29,769 nt of DNA, taken from the NCBI GenBank assembly GCA_902783825.1, contig CACZSJ010000172.1, positions 1-29,769 on the forward strand, written 5' to 3'. Below, in pieces: positions 1 to 8,946 of this stretch. A program made the translations under genes and the position numbers. Positions within the stretch are counted from its first letter, which is position 1, and each line of letters starts with the position of its first letter. Source of the stretch: Oscillospiraceae bacterium (GTDB lineage: Bacteria > Bacillota > Clostridia > Oscillospirales > Oscillospiraceae). The notes beneath the pieces are model-generated. The model did no database searches and was not told the origin of the DNA. It saw nothing but the letters and a program-made list of their open reading frames with translations.

Positions 1-1478
1 GGGAACAAAATTACGTCGCGAATGGAGTTGCAGCCAGTCAGCAGCATCACACAGCGGTCAATGCCAATGCCCAGGCCGCCGGTGGGCGGCATGCCGTATT
101 CCAGCGCGTTGATAAAGTCCTCGTCCATCATTCCCGCTTCGTCGTCGCCCTTGGCGCGCAGTTCTACCTGCTTGAGGAAGCGCTGCTTCTGGTCAATGGG
201 ATCGTTCAACTCTGAGAACGCGTTGCCCATCTCGCTGGCGCAGATGAACAGTTCAAAACGCTCTGTCAACCGCGAATCCGCCGGGCTTCGCTTGGCCAGG
301 GGGGACACATCGACCGGATGCATGGTGATAAAGGTCGGCTGGATCAGCTTTTCCTCCACCTTCTGGTCAAAGCATTCATACAGAGCATGTCCCCAAGTGG
401 GTTCCACTTTCTTCATGTCAACGCCCAGGTCCATGGCAGCCTGGACAGCCGCCTCATCCCCGTCGATCTCCATAAAGTCCACGCCCAGGTATTCCTTGAC
501 CGCCTCGGCCATGGTCATGCGCCGGAAGCCGGGGGCAAGGCTGACCTCGTGGCCCTGCCAGGTGACGTCATAGGTGCCCAGGATCTCCTTAGCCGCCCCA
601 GAAAGCAGCTCTTCAAAAAGATCCATCACATCCACGTAATCCGCGTAGGCCTCGTAGAGCTCCACGGTGGTAAACTCCGGATTGTGCCGGGTATCCATTC
701 CCTCGTTGCGGAAAATCCGCCCGATCTCATACACCCGCTCCACGCCGCCGACGATCAGACGCTTCAAATTCAGCTCTGTTGCTATGCGCAGATACAGGTC
801 CATGTCCAGGGTGTTGTGGTGGGTGATAAATGGCCGGGCCGTCGCGCCGCCGGAGATGGTATTGAATACCGGCGTTTCCACTTCCATATAGCCCCTCGCG
901 TCCAGGAAGCGGCGGACATAGCTGATAAAGCGGGAGCGGATTTCAAAGTTACGCCGGCTCTCATCGCTCATGATCAGATCCACATAGCGCTGGCGATATT
1001 TCAGCTCCGTATTGGTCATGCCGTGGAACTTCTCCGGCAGAGGCCGCAAGGACTTGGCCAGCAGCGTCACCTTTTCCACGTGCACGGAAATTTCTTCCGT
1101 CTTGGTCTTGAAAACATAGCCGCTTACGCCAATGATGTCGCCGATATCGTACTTGCGAAAATCGGCAAACTCCTGGGCACTGACCGCATCGGCACGGATA
1201 TAGAGCTGGATCTGTCCCCTATCGTCTTTGATGTGACAGAAAATTGCCTTGCCCATGCCGCGCTTGGACATGATGCGACCGGCAACGGAGACCGGCTTAT
1301 TCTCAAAGCTCTCATAAGCGGCCTTGATCTCCTCCGACCAGGCCGTCCGGACAAAACGGGTCTGCTGGAAGGGATCTCTCCCCTCCTGCTGCAAAGCGGC
1401 CAGCTTATCCCGGCGCACCTGCAGGATCTCGGAAAGCTCCTGCTCCTGGGCGCCGCTGTTGTTCATCTCTTCACTCAT
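1..1478 (-). CDS. lysS: Lysine--tRNA ligase, class II (3' end runs off the window)
   Basis: Manual translation from ATG at 1478 (SD GAGGA) gives MSEEMNN...[14 protein letters not shown]...[12 protein letters not shown]...YRQRYVDL...[18 protein letters not shown]...IRDVILFP at the window edge. Absent from the ORF track because it has no stop in the window. Confidence 0.97.
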   Translation of the reverse strand, partial: MSEEMNNSGAQEQELSEILQVRRDKLAALQQEGRDPFQQTRFVRTAWSEEIKAAYESFENKPVSVAGRIMSKRGMGKAIFCHIKDDRGQIQLYIRADAVSAQEFADFRKYDIGDIIGVSGYVFKTKTEEISVHVEKVTLLAKSLRPLPEKFHGMTNTELKYRQRYVDLIMSDESRRNFEIRSRFISYVRRFLDARGYMEVETPVFNTISGGATARPFITHHNTLDMDLYLRIATELNLKRLIVGGVERVYEIGRIFRNEGMDTRHNPEFTTVELYEAYADYVDVMDLFEELLSGAAKEILGTYDVTWQGHEVSLAPGFRRMTMAEAVKEYLGVDFMEIDGDEAAVQAAMDLGVDMKKVEPTWGHALYECFDQKVEEKLIQPTFITMHPVDVSPLAKRSPADSRLTERFELFICASEMGNAFSELNDPIDQKQRFLKQVELRAKGDDEAGMMDEDFINALEYGMPPTGGLGIGIDRCVMLLTGCNSIRDVILF

Positions 1479-1499
1479 AGGATTCCTCACATATTTCGC

Positions 1500-1988
1500 T
1501 TACTTATTCTCCACGGACAGGATCTTGAACACAAGCTCTCCGGCGGGCGCGTGAATGGTCACCGTCTCTCCCGCCCGGTGGCCGATCAGCCCCTGGCCAA
1601 CAGGAGAGTCGTCGGAAATCCGTCCGGCGCGGGGATTGGCCTCCTGGGAACCCACGATCTCATAGGTCTCCTCAAAATTGTCCTCCACGTCACATACGCG
1701 CACAATGCTGCTGAGGGTCACCGTGTCTTTGGGTACGTCGTACTCAATATTATCCACGATCTCCGCGTTCTCGATCAGCACCTTCAGTTCGGCAATTTTA
1801 GAATAGAGCTTGCCCTGCTCGGTCTTGGCCTCGTCGTACTCGCTGTTTTCCGACAGGTCGCCAAAGCTGCGGGCTTCCTTAATCTGCTCGGCAACTTCCT
1901 TTTCCCGAACCGTCTCCAAATAATAGAGCTCCTCTTTCAGCGCCTCCAAGCGCTCCTGGCTCATTTTAAATCTGCTGGTGTTGGTCAT
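1500..1988 (-). CDS. greA: Transcription elongation factor GreA
   Basis: ARSFGDLSENSEYDEAK and ISDDSPVGQGLIG motifs. Start moved from 2015 to ATG 1988 because of an AAAGGAG SD. Confidence 0.96.
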   Translation of the reverse strand: MTNTSRFKMSQERLEALKEELYYLETVREKEVAEQIKEARSFGDLSENSEYDEAKTEQGKLYSKIAELKVLIENAEIVDNIEYDVPKDTVTLSSIVRVCDVEDNFEETYEIVGSQEANPRAGRISDDSPVGQGLIGHRAGETVTIHAPAGELVFKILSVENK

Positions 1989-2054
1989 GAAAGCAGATCT
2001 CCTTTCCCTTGTCAACTTGCATTGCGCCGGCTGGTTGCGGCGCTATGAATCCAT

Positions 2055-2083
2055 ATTATACGGTTGCAAACAGTCCCTGTCAA
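2055..2083 (-). promoter_or_regulatory. Sigma-A promoter for greA-lysS
   Basis: Perfect TTGACA (2083-2078), 17 bp, TATAAT (2060-2055). The -35 overlaps the stop codon of the upstream S41 gene. Confidence 0.85.
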
Positions 2084-3327
2084 CTCAAAAATCGCAGGGC
2101 GGCCATCAGCTGATCGTCGTCTGAAATGCTGGCAGTACCGTCCGAAACGCCGGTGGTTCCCTGGGTGGTTCCCGCGGTGGATTCATCCCGGTTGTATACG
2201 ATGGTATCCGGGACCACACCGCCGTTTTTCGAGATGTCGATCCCCATGGGCGTTAAATAGCTATGGGTGGAGAGGCGGATCGCACTTCCATCCGAAAGCA
2301 CAATCGTCTCCTGGGACCTGGTATTGCCGGTGGTCGCTTCTCCCATCACCGTCGCCCACTGGTATTCCTGCAGCACCGCCGCACACAGCTCCGCCTCGCG
2401 GAAGGTGGCCGCATTTACCAGAACCACGGTGGGAAACTGAATGCACATCACGTCCGACTCGGTGACGATCTCTTCCCCGTTCTTGCTCACCTCGGAGAAA
2501 AGCCGTCCGCCCGGGAGCAAATAGTCCAGCAGCGTCGTCACCTCGCTGGTCAGCCCGCCGGGATTGTTGCGCAGATCCAGAACAAAGGCCACCGCGCCTT
2601 GGGCCATCAAATCTTCAATCGCCTGCACCGAAGCCTCTCCGCTGCCGGCCTCAAAATTGGCGATCTGCAGGTAGCCGGCGCCGGTTTTTTCCATGCGGTA
2701 ATTGACGGCGCTGGCGTTGGCGCCGGTACAGTCTACCTCAATCGTGTCGCCCGAGCTGATGGTCAGAACAAATTTCACGTTCAGCTTGCTGCGGATCAGC
2801 GTGCGCAGCTGATCCACCGACATTCCCGCTACCGGTTCTCCATCCACCGCCGTGATGACCATTCCCGCGCCGACGCCGGCCCAGGCAGCCGGTGAACCGG
2901 GATAGACCGCGATCACCTGAAAGCCGCCGCCGGTCTCGTCCCGCACAAAGGACAGGCCGATATCCGCGTAATCGTTGGAGGCGGAAAGCTGATAGGCCCG
3001 ATATTCATCCGGGGTCATATAGTAGCTCCAATCGTCCCCCAGGCCGGCAACCATGGCCGCCGCCGCAGAGTCTCCCATGGACTTGCGATCCACCGGATCG
3101 ATGAAGGCCTCATCCAGCAGGTTTTTGATCTCCACATAGTGCATCGCCTCGTCATAATCGGCTTTGCCGCCCACCTGGTGAATCAGTTTGGTATACGTCA
3201 GCGCATAAATGCCGCCGCAAAAAAGGATCAGCAGCAGGAACACATATTTCAATCGAATGCCGACGTTGAAAAACGCGGCAACAACGCGTCCCACCCGGCG
3301 AAAAAATCTCCTTGATAGCCTACCCAC
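2080..3327 (-). CDS. S41A/CtpA-family PDZ protein, predicted catalytically inactive
   Basis: GTG start with AGGAGG SD; N-terminal hydrophobic anchor; PDZ (VIAVYPGSPAAWAGV); DLRNNPGG motif; C-terminal DDQLMAA. The catalytic motifs read NAATFREAE and TTGNT instead of NxxSASASE and TFGKG. Confidence 0.85.
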   Translation of the reverse strand: MGRLSRRFFRRVGRVVAAFFNVGIRLKYVFLLLILFCGGIYALTYTKLIHQVGGKADYDEAMHYVEIKNLLDEAFIDPVDRKSMGDSAAAAMVAGLGDDWSYYMTPDEYRAYQLSASNDYADIGLSFVRDETGGGFQVIAVYPGSPAAWAGVGAGMVITAVDGEPVAGMSVDQLRTLIRSKLNVKFVLTISSGDTIEVDCTGANASAVNYRMEKTGAGYLQIANFEAGSGEASVQAIEDLMAQGAVAFVLDLRNNPGGLTSEVTTLLDYLLPGGRLFSEVSKNGEEIVTESDVMCIQFPTVVLVNAATFREAELCAAVLQEYQWATVMGEATTGNTRSQETIVLSDGSAIRLSTHSYLTPMGIDISKNGGVVPDTIVYNRDESTAGTTQGTTGVSDGTASISDDDQLMAALRFLS

Positions 3328-3362
3328 ACGATCCCTCCTGTGTTCTCTGTAATCATGGCGTA

Positions 3363-3408
3363 GCCGGACAGCGAAAACCGCTGCCCGGCAGACGGCGCAA
3401 AACGCCGT
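3363..3408. other. Two adjacent stem-loops in the M23/S41 intergenic region
   Basis: GCCGGACAGCG-AAAAC-CGCTGCCCGGC (3363-3389, one mismatch) and ACGGCG-CAAAA-CGCCGT (3392-3408). No U-tract follows on the transcribed (-) strand. Confidence 0.6.
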
Positions 3409-3419
3409 GTCTTATCTCT

Positions 3420-4772
3420 TTAAACTCCGGCTTCCGATGAAAAACTCAGGCCGGAAAAAAACTGCTCGGGATCTGTACGGCTGCCGCCGGACCAGATCTC
3501 AAAATGACAGTGCGGACCTGTGGAAAGGCCGCTGCTGCCCACATAGCCGATGGTGCTTCCCTTGTTGACGCTCTGCCCTTCGCTGACGCTCACCGAAGAC
3601 ATGTGCGCATACAAGGTCGTATACCCGTTCCCGTGATCCAGGATCACGCAATTGCCATAGCCGTCCCCTGAGTTGCCGGCCCGAACCACGCTCCCGGTAT
3701 CCGCCGCCACAATGGCGGCGCCATAACCCGCGCCAACATCCAGGCCGCTGTGATACTTCTCCGTCTTGTACACCGGATGGATCCGCAACCCAAAGCGGCT
3801 GGTCACATAGGTACAGGAAGGAACCGGCCATGAGAAGGAGCCTGTTCCCATCACGGCTGGCGGCTTGGGTGCGGGCGTACTCTCGGCAGCCGACTGCTGT
3901 TGCTGCTGTTGCTGCTGCTGAGCCTCCTGTTGTGCCCTTCTGGCTGCTTCCGCCTGCGCAGCTGCCCGGGCCGCCGCTTCTTCCGCCTCTCGCTGGCGGC
4001 GAAGCTCTTCCTGGCGCTGCCGTTCCAGCTCCGCCATCAGAGCCTGCAGCTCCCGATCTGCCTGTTCTTCGATGGCCAGGATCTGTTCATATTCTTCCTG
4101 GCGGTTTTCAATATCTTCCTGCAGATCCCGGATCAGCGCCACGGCCTCGTCAATTTCCACCTCCAGCGCCTTCTGCTCAGTCCGAAGCTGTTCCTGCTTT
4201 CCCTGCAGCTCTGTTCGGACTATTTCGTACTCCGCCTTGACCTGCTCGGTATTCTCCCGGGCGGCAATATACGCTTCCTCCAGCTCTCTGTCGCTGGCCA
4301 TGATCTGCCCCATGTCGTCCAGGACAGTCAGAAACTCGCCCAGATTGGAGGTACGCAGCACCATGGACAAAAGCCCATAGCCGCCATTTTCCTCCATGGC
4401 TCGCACCCGAATCCGATAGCGGGCAAGCTGTTCCTCCTCCAGCGCCTTTGCCGCCGCCACTTCCGCTGCCTTTTCGGCGATCATATCGTCGTAAAGCGCG
4501 ATTTCCTGGCTGTTGAGCTGCATCTGCTCCAGGGTGTATATGTTGCGTTCGTCCATGGCTTGTTTCCGTTCCAGGACGCTCGCCTGCTGGGATTCCAGCT
4601 CGTCCACGACGGCCTGTTTGGCCTCGCGTTGAGCCGAAAGCTCATCCCGCTTGGCCCGCATGGCGTTTACATCCTCCTGGGTCACCGCGTATGCCGGAAC
4701 CGGCAGGACGGCAATCGTCAAGATCAAAGCCAAAGCAAGCGCAATGAGACTTTGCAATTTCTTGTTGCTCAT
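3420..4772 (-). CDS. Secreted coiled-coil M23 peptidoglycan endopeptidase (FtsEX-associated, EnvC/CwlO-like architecture), copy 2
   Basis: Signal peptide ending AYA; long coiled coil; Q/A/P-rich linker; M23 motifs HSGLD, YAHMS and GPHCHFE intact. Confidence 0.9.
   Translation of the reverse strand: MSNKKLQSLIALALALILTIAVLPVPAYAVTQEDVNAMRAKRDELSAQREAKQAVVDELESQQASVLERKQAMDERNIYTLEQMQLNSQEIALYDDMIAEKAAEVAAAKALEEEQLARYRIRVRAMEENGGYGLLSMVLRTSNLGEFLTVLDDMGQIMASDRELEEAYIAARENTEQVKAEYEIVRTELQGKQEQLRTEQKALEVEIDEAVALIRDLQEDIENRQEEYEQILAIEEQADRELQALMAELERQRQEELRRQREAEEAAARAAAQAEAARRAQQEAQQQQQQQQQSAAESTPAPKPPAVMGTGSFSWPVPSCTYVTSRFGLRIHPVYKTEKYHSGLDVGAGYGAAIVAADTGSVVRAGNSGDGYGNCVILDHGNGYTTLYAHMSSVSVSEGQSVNKGSTIGYVGSSGLSTGPHCHFEIWSGGSRTDPEQFFSGLSFSSEAGV
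3894..3920 (-). repeat. (CAG/CAA)9 encoding poly-Gln in the M23 copy 2 linker
   Basis: ctgctgttgctgctgttgctgctgctg read directly, in frame as Q9. Confidence 0.9.
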
Positions 4773-4797
4773 AGTAAGTAAAACCGGGGAACTACCC

Positions 4798-6141
4798 TCA
4801 GCAGTTCCAGTGACTCAGTCCCGAAAAGAATGCTTCCGGATCCGTAGGCGTACCGTTGAGCCGCACTTCAAAATGACAGTGGGTTCCGGTGGAGCGCCCG
4901 GTGGATCCCAGGTAACCCAAAGTGGTGCCCGCGCTCACGCTCTGCCCATAGCTGACCGCCACGGACGACATGTGCGCATACACCGTCTGGTAACCGTTTC
5001 CATGGTCAATGGTAACATAGTTGCCGTAGCCCGAGCCGCCGTTTCCCGCGGCAATCACCGTGCCGGCAGCCGCAGCCACAATGGGCTGTCCATCGTTGCC
5101 AAAGCCGTCGATATCGATGCCTGCGTGGCCCGCCGTTTCCCCAGTGAAAGGATCTTCCCGAGAACCGAAGCGACTGGTTACGCGGGAACTGCTGGGAACC
5201 GGCCACATAAAGCTGGCGCTTCCCGTGGCCGCGCCGGGATTCAAACCGTCGCTTCCGCCGTCAGAGCTTCCGCCATCCGCAGCACCTCCGTTTTCCGGAG
5301 CGCCGCCCTGTTCCTGCTGCGCTGCAGCAGCGGCAGCAGCGGCAGCCGCGGCAGCCGCGGCCGCTTCCTGGCGCTTCTGCTCCTCATATGCCGCAATCAT
5401 CCGGGTCAGCTCATCCGAAGCCTGCTGCTCTGCGGCCTGCTCCGCTTCATATTGACTCATAGCCGTCTCAATGGCTTCGGACAGCTCTGCAAGCTCCCCT
5501 TCCGCCTGGGCTACCTGCGCCTGAATGGCAGCCTGCTCCTCCCGGAGCTCTGCCTGCTTCTCCTCGCATTCAGCCCGGACTTCCTCGTATTCCGCCTTGA
5601 TCTGCTCCGTTTCCTGGCGGGCAGCCCGGTATTGCCGCTCCAGCGCCTTGTCGCTTTCCATGATTTCGCCCATATCCTCCAGGCCGGAAAGCAGCTCGCT
5701 GAAGTTGCTGGAATGTACCACAACAGACAGGAAATTATAGCCGCCGCTCTCCTCCATGGCCCGGATGCGCGTGCGATACCGGGTAAGCTGATCCTGCTCA
5801 CGGGTCAGGGCCGCATTCAGCTCCTGGGATTTTTCTTCAATGATCTGGTCATACATGGCGATTTCTTCCGCCGTCAGCCGAAGGGCTTCCAGAGCGTTGC
5901 TGTTTTGCAGATCCAGCGCCGCCTTCAGATCCAGGACGGTCGCCTGCTGATCCCGCAGGCCGGAAAGGCGTTCCTCCGCCTCCGCAGCCCGGGCGGCCGC
6001 TTCATTCTTGCGCTGACGCAGCGCGTCGATATCGCCTTGATTCACCGCGTGGGCCGTAGGGATGATGCTGGCCATCAAAGACAGCACCATCAACAAGGCC
6101 AGCAGTATCGCGATGAAAGAAACCACTCTTTTCCTCTTCAT
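4798..6141 (-). CDS. Secreted coiled-coil M23 peptidoglycan endopeptidase, copy 1
   Basis: Signal peptide ending AHA; coiled coil; A/G/S-rich linker; HAGID, YAHMS and GTHCHFE intact. Clear paralogue of 3420-4772 (AVNQGDIDALR vs AVTQEDVNAMR; FFSGLS in both). Confidence 0.9.
   Translation of the reverse strand: MKRKRVVSFIAILLALLMVLSLMASIIPTAHAVNQGDIDALRQRKNEAAARAAEAEERLSGLRDQQATVLDLKAALDLQNSNALEALRLTAEEIAMYDQIIEEKSQELNAALTREQDQLTRYRTRIRAMEESGGYNFLSVVVHSSNFSELLSGLEDMGEIMESDKALERQYRAARQETEQIKAEYEEVRAECEEKQAELREEQAAIQAQVAQAEGELAELSEAIETAMSQYEAEQAAEQQASDELTRMIAAYEEQKRQEAAAAAAAAAAAAAAAQQEQGGAPENGGAADGGSSDGGSDGLNPGAATGSASFMWPVPSSSRVTSRFGSREDPFTGETAGHAGIDIDGFGNDGQPIVAAAAGTVIAAGNGGSGYGNYVTIDHGNGYQTVYAHMSSVAVSYGQSVSAGTTLGYLGSTGRSTGTHCHFEVRLNGTPTDPEAFFSGLSHWNC
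5320..5364 (-). repeat. (GCN)15 encoding poly-Ala in the M23 copy 1 linker
   Basis: 15 consecutive Ala codons counted in frame between QE and QQEQ. Confidence 0.9.
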
Positions 6142-6163
6142 ACCGACACCCCTACCCTAAGCT

Positions 6164-7051
6164 TTACACTTGCAAATAGTTGCGGATGGCGTTGACGCCG
6201 CCAAACACACCAACCAATATACCGGTGCCCAGGTAGAAGGCCAGAACCGGGAACATCACTTCCTTGAAAGACACCAGCGTGATGAAGCTCCCCGTCAGGG
6301 TTCCCATCAGCCGCCCGGTCAGCAGACCATACAAGCCCCATTCCGCCAAAAACGCCAGGCCGCCGCCCAAAATGCCCAGAACAAGGCCTTCCACCACAAA
6401 GGGGAGGCGGATAAAGCTGTTGGTGGCGCCCACCATCTTCATGATGGCGATTTCTTCCCGCCGGCCAAAGGTTGCAAGCTTGACGGTGTTGGACATGATG
6501 AACACCGAAACGAACACCAGAATCACCGTCAGGATCAGGGAAATGATGCTTACAACATTACGGATCGTCACAAAGGTATCCGCATACTCCAGGTGCGCTT
6601 TGACTTTCGCGATTCCGTCCACCGCTTCCAGGGCCGCCTTGGTCTGCGCCATCTCCGCGATATCATCCAGATGGATCACGAAGCGATGGCGGAACACCGT
6701 CTCGTCGATGCCCTCCATCAGATCCGCGTCATACTGGCCCATAAAGTTGTCCATCGCCTGCGTGCGGGACACAAATTCCACCGATTCCACATTGTCCACT
6801 GCCGCCAGAGCGCTCTCCAGGGCCTGAGCGGCTGATTCTTCCGCAATGCTGTCATCCACGAAAGCCACCACTTCGTTCTGGCTCTCCAGCTCTTTAATCA
6901 ATGCGTCGATGTTCCGGGACAGCAGGGCTACGCTGCCAATGATAATCAGGCAGGCCATGATAATGGTCACCGTTGCAAAGGACATAAAACTGTGGGTTTT
7001 AATGCTGCGGAAGCCTTCCCGGATCAGATATCCGGCTCTGTTAAATATCAT
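6164..7051 (-). CDS. ftsX: Cell division / wall hydrolase activator permease FtsX
   Basis: One N-terminal TM, an extracellular loop and three further TMs; RREEIAIMKMVGAT and PFVVEG motifs; overlaps ftsE. Confidence 0.95.
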   Translation of the reverse strand: MIFNRAGYLIREGFRSIKTHSFMSFATVTIIMACLIIIGSVALLSRNIDALIKELESQNEVVAFVDDSIAEESAAQALESALAAVDNVESVEFVSRTQAMDNFMGQYDADLMEGIDETVFRHRFVIHLDDIAEMAQTKAALEAVDGIAKVKAHLEYADTFVTIRNVVSIISLILTVILVFVSVFIMSNTVKLATFGRREEIAIMKMVGATNSFIRLPFVVEGLVLGILGGGLAFLAEWGLYGLLTGRLMGTLTGSFITLVSFKEVMFPVLAFYLGTGILVGVFGGVNAIRNYLQV

Positions 7052-7727
7052 AGTCGTAATACCCTATTCCGTCACCGATCACGCGACCACCCTTGATGGT
7101 AATGGTACGCTTGGTAAGCGCGTTGACCAGTTCCTTTTCGTGGGTGACCACCAGTACCGTCGTCCCCATTTCGTTGATCTTTTCCAGCAGGAGCATCAGC
7201 TCCAGACTGAGCGTCGGGTCCAGGTTTCCCGTGGGCTCGTCCGCCACGATCATACGCGGATTGTTTACCAGCGCCCGGGCAATCGCCACACGCTGCTGTT
7301 CACCGCCGGACAGCTCGCTTGGCAGGCGGTTTCCTCGCCCCTCCAGGCCGACCAGCTCCAACACATAATCAACCCGCTGTTTGATTTCCCGCCTGCGCGC
7401 GCCAACGACACGCATGGCAAAAGCCACGTTGTCGAAAACATTCATGTTCTCGATCAAGCGATAATCCTGGAATACGACGCCCAGGGTCCTGCGGACCTTG
7501 GGCAGTTTTCCTCTTTTTATGCCGCTCATATCAAAGTCGTTGACGACCACCTTGCCGGACTTGGCATAGACCTCTCCGGTCAAGAGCTTCATCAGGGTCG
7601 TTTTCCCGGAGCCGGAAGGCCCCACCAGGAAAACAAACTCCCCCTCGTCAACGTTCAGATCTACGTTGTCCAGCGCCACAGTGCCGCTGCTGTCGTAGAC
7701 CACGGTCACTCCGTCCAATTGTACCAT
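7041..7727 (-). CDS. ftsE: Cell division ABC ATPase FtsE
   Basis: GPSGSGKTT, VVFQDYRL, LSGGEQQRV and ADEPTGNLD motifs; GGAGGA SD; adjacent to ftsX. Confidence 0.95.
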   Translation of the reverse strand: MVQLDGVTVVYDSSGTVALDNVDLNVDEGEFVFLVGPSGSGKTTLMKLLTGEVYAKSGKVVVNDFDMSGIKRGKLPKVRRTLGVVFQDYRLIENMNVFDNVAFAMRVVGARRREIKQRVDYVLELVGLEGRGNRLPSELSGGEQQRVAIARALVNNPRMIVADEPTGNLDPTLSLELMLLLEKINEMGTTVLVVTHEKELVNALTKRTITIKGGRVIGDGIGYYDYDI

Positions 7728-7772
7728 TGCTTATCCTCCAGGGTTTTGCTGATGTTCCGAAACGCGTCCCTC

Positions 7773-8864
7773 TCAATACTTGCTGTTGAGGGAATCCAGA
7801 TACATTTTCACCATCATCGCGACCTTAAACACAATGGCGTGATCAAACTCACGCAGGTCCAAGCCCGTGATTTTCTTGATCTTCTCCAGCCGATACACCA
7901 GGGTATTGCGGTGTACATAGAGCTTCCGCGACGTTTCGGAGACGTTCAGGTTGTTCTCAAAGAACTTGTTGATGGTCTCCAAAGTATCTTCATCCAAGGT
8001 TTCAATGGGATTTTTCTTGAACACCTCGTTGAGGAACATTTCACACAGAGTCGTGGGGAGCTGATAAATGATGCGCCCCAGACCCAGGCTTTCATAGTTG
8101 ATAACAGTCTTTTCGCTTTCGAACACCCGGCCCACTTCAATGGCCACCTGGGCCTCCTTGTACCGGTCGGCCAGCTCCCTGAGATGCCGGGCAACTGTGC
8201 TGATGCCGATCACGCATCGAATCCCCAGCTCTTCATACAGGGCAGCCTCGATATTGCGCGCAGCCTTAAAGACTTCCTCCTGATAGCTGGCCGTAGGCAG
8301 CGCCTTGACCACCACAATGTCATTTTCATTGATGTTCAGAACAAAGTCCTTCTGCTTGTCCGGGAACAGCCGCTGGATCACTTCCACTGCCGCCACATCG
8401 GAGTTTTCCATCTGGCGCACCAGCAGCACACTGCGAGGCTCGTCCGTGACAAAATGCAGCTCCTTGGCCCGGACGTACACGTCCCCGGGCAGGATGTTGT
8501 CTGAAATGATGTTCTTTACGAACGCGGCCTTGTTGTGCTTTTCCTCATAGTTGCTCTTGGCCTCGTTAAAAGCCACCGCAGCCACGGCACAAATCGTCTT
8601 GGCCATTTGATCCGTTCCCTCAGAGAACGCAGCATAGTCCAGCTTTGCACTGTCAGAGTGCAAAGCGCTGTATGTGCGGATCCCGGTCGCCATGGTCTGC
8701 CCGGCGGCATCCAGCTCGTAGGCATGGAAGTCCTCCAGCCGGGAGCCGATCATCGCCAGCTCGCTGCTGGCCACGACGAAGCCCTGCTCGTCAACAACCC
8801 CGATGGTCCTGTCCACGGCATCCTTCATCTGAATAATCACATTCTGGAAAATTCTGCTGGACAT
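7773..8864 (-). CDS. CdaR/PucR-family transcriptional regulator
   Basis: C-terminal HTH LNVSETSRKLYVHRNTLVYRLEKI; central GGDEF-like region. Start at ATG 8864 with AGGAGG SD. Confidence 0.88.
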   Translation of the reverse strand: MSSRIFQNVIIQMKDAVDRTIGVVDEQGFVVASSELAMIGSRLEDFHAYELDAAGQTMATGIRTYSALHSDSAKLDYAAFSEGTDQMAKTICAVAAVAFNEAKSNYEEKHNKAAFVKNIISDNILPGDVYVRAKELHFVTDEPRSVLLVRQMENSDVAAVEVIQRLFPDKQKDFVLNINENDIVVVKALPTASYQEEVFKAARNIEAALYEELGIRCVIGISTVARHLRELADRYKEAQVAIEVGRVFESEKTVINYESLGLGRIIYQLPTTLCEMFLNEVFKKNPIETLDEDTLETINKFFENNLNVSETSRKLYVHRNTLVYRLEKIKKITGLDLREFDHAIVFKVAMMVKMYLDSLNSKY

Positions 8865-8946
8865 AAAAACGCCTCCTATGTTCGGCGGTAAGGCCATCAT
8901 GCCCAATATGGCAAATTTACCATACTACCGCCGCTCTCTTTAGCAT

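Noticed and set aside
318-8504. Long + strand ORFs (318-2048, 3900-4781, 4651-6195, 6846-8504)
   Set aside because: All lie opposite lysS/greA, the M23 genes, ftsEX and the regulator; their composition is typical of reverse-frame translation.
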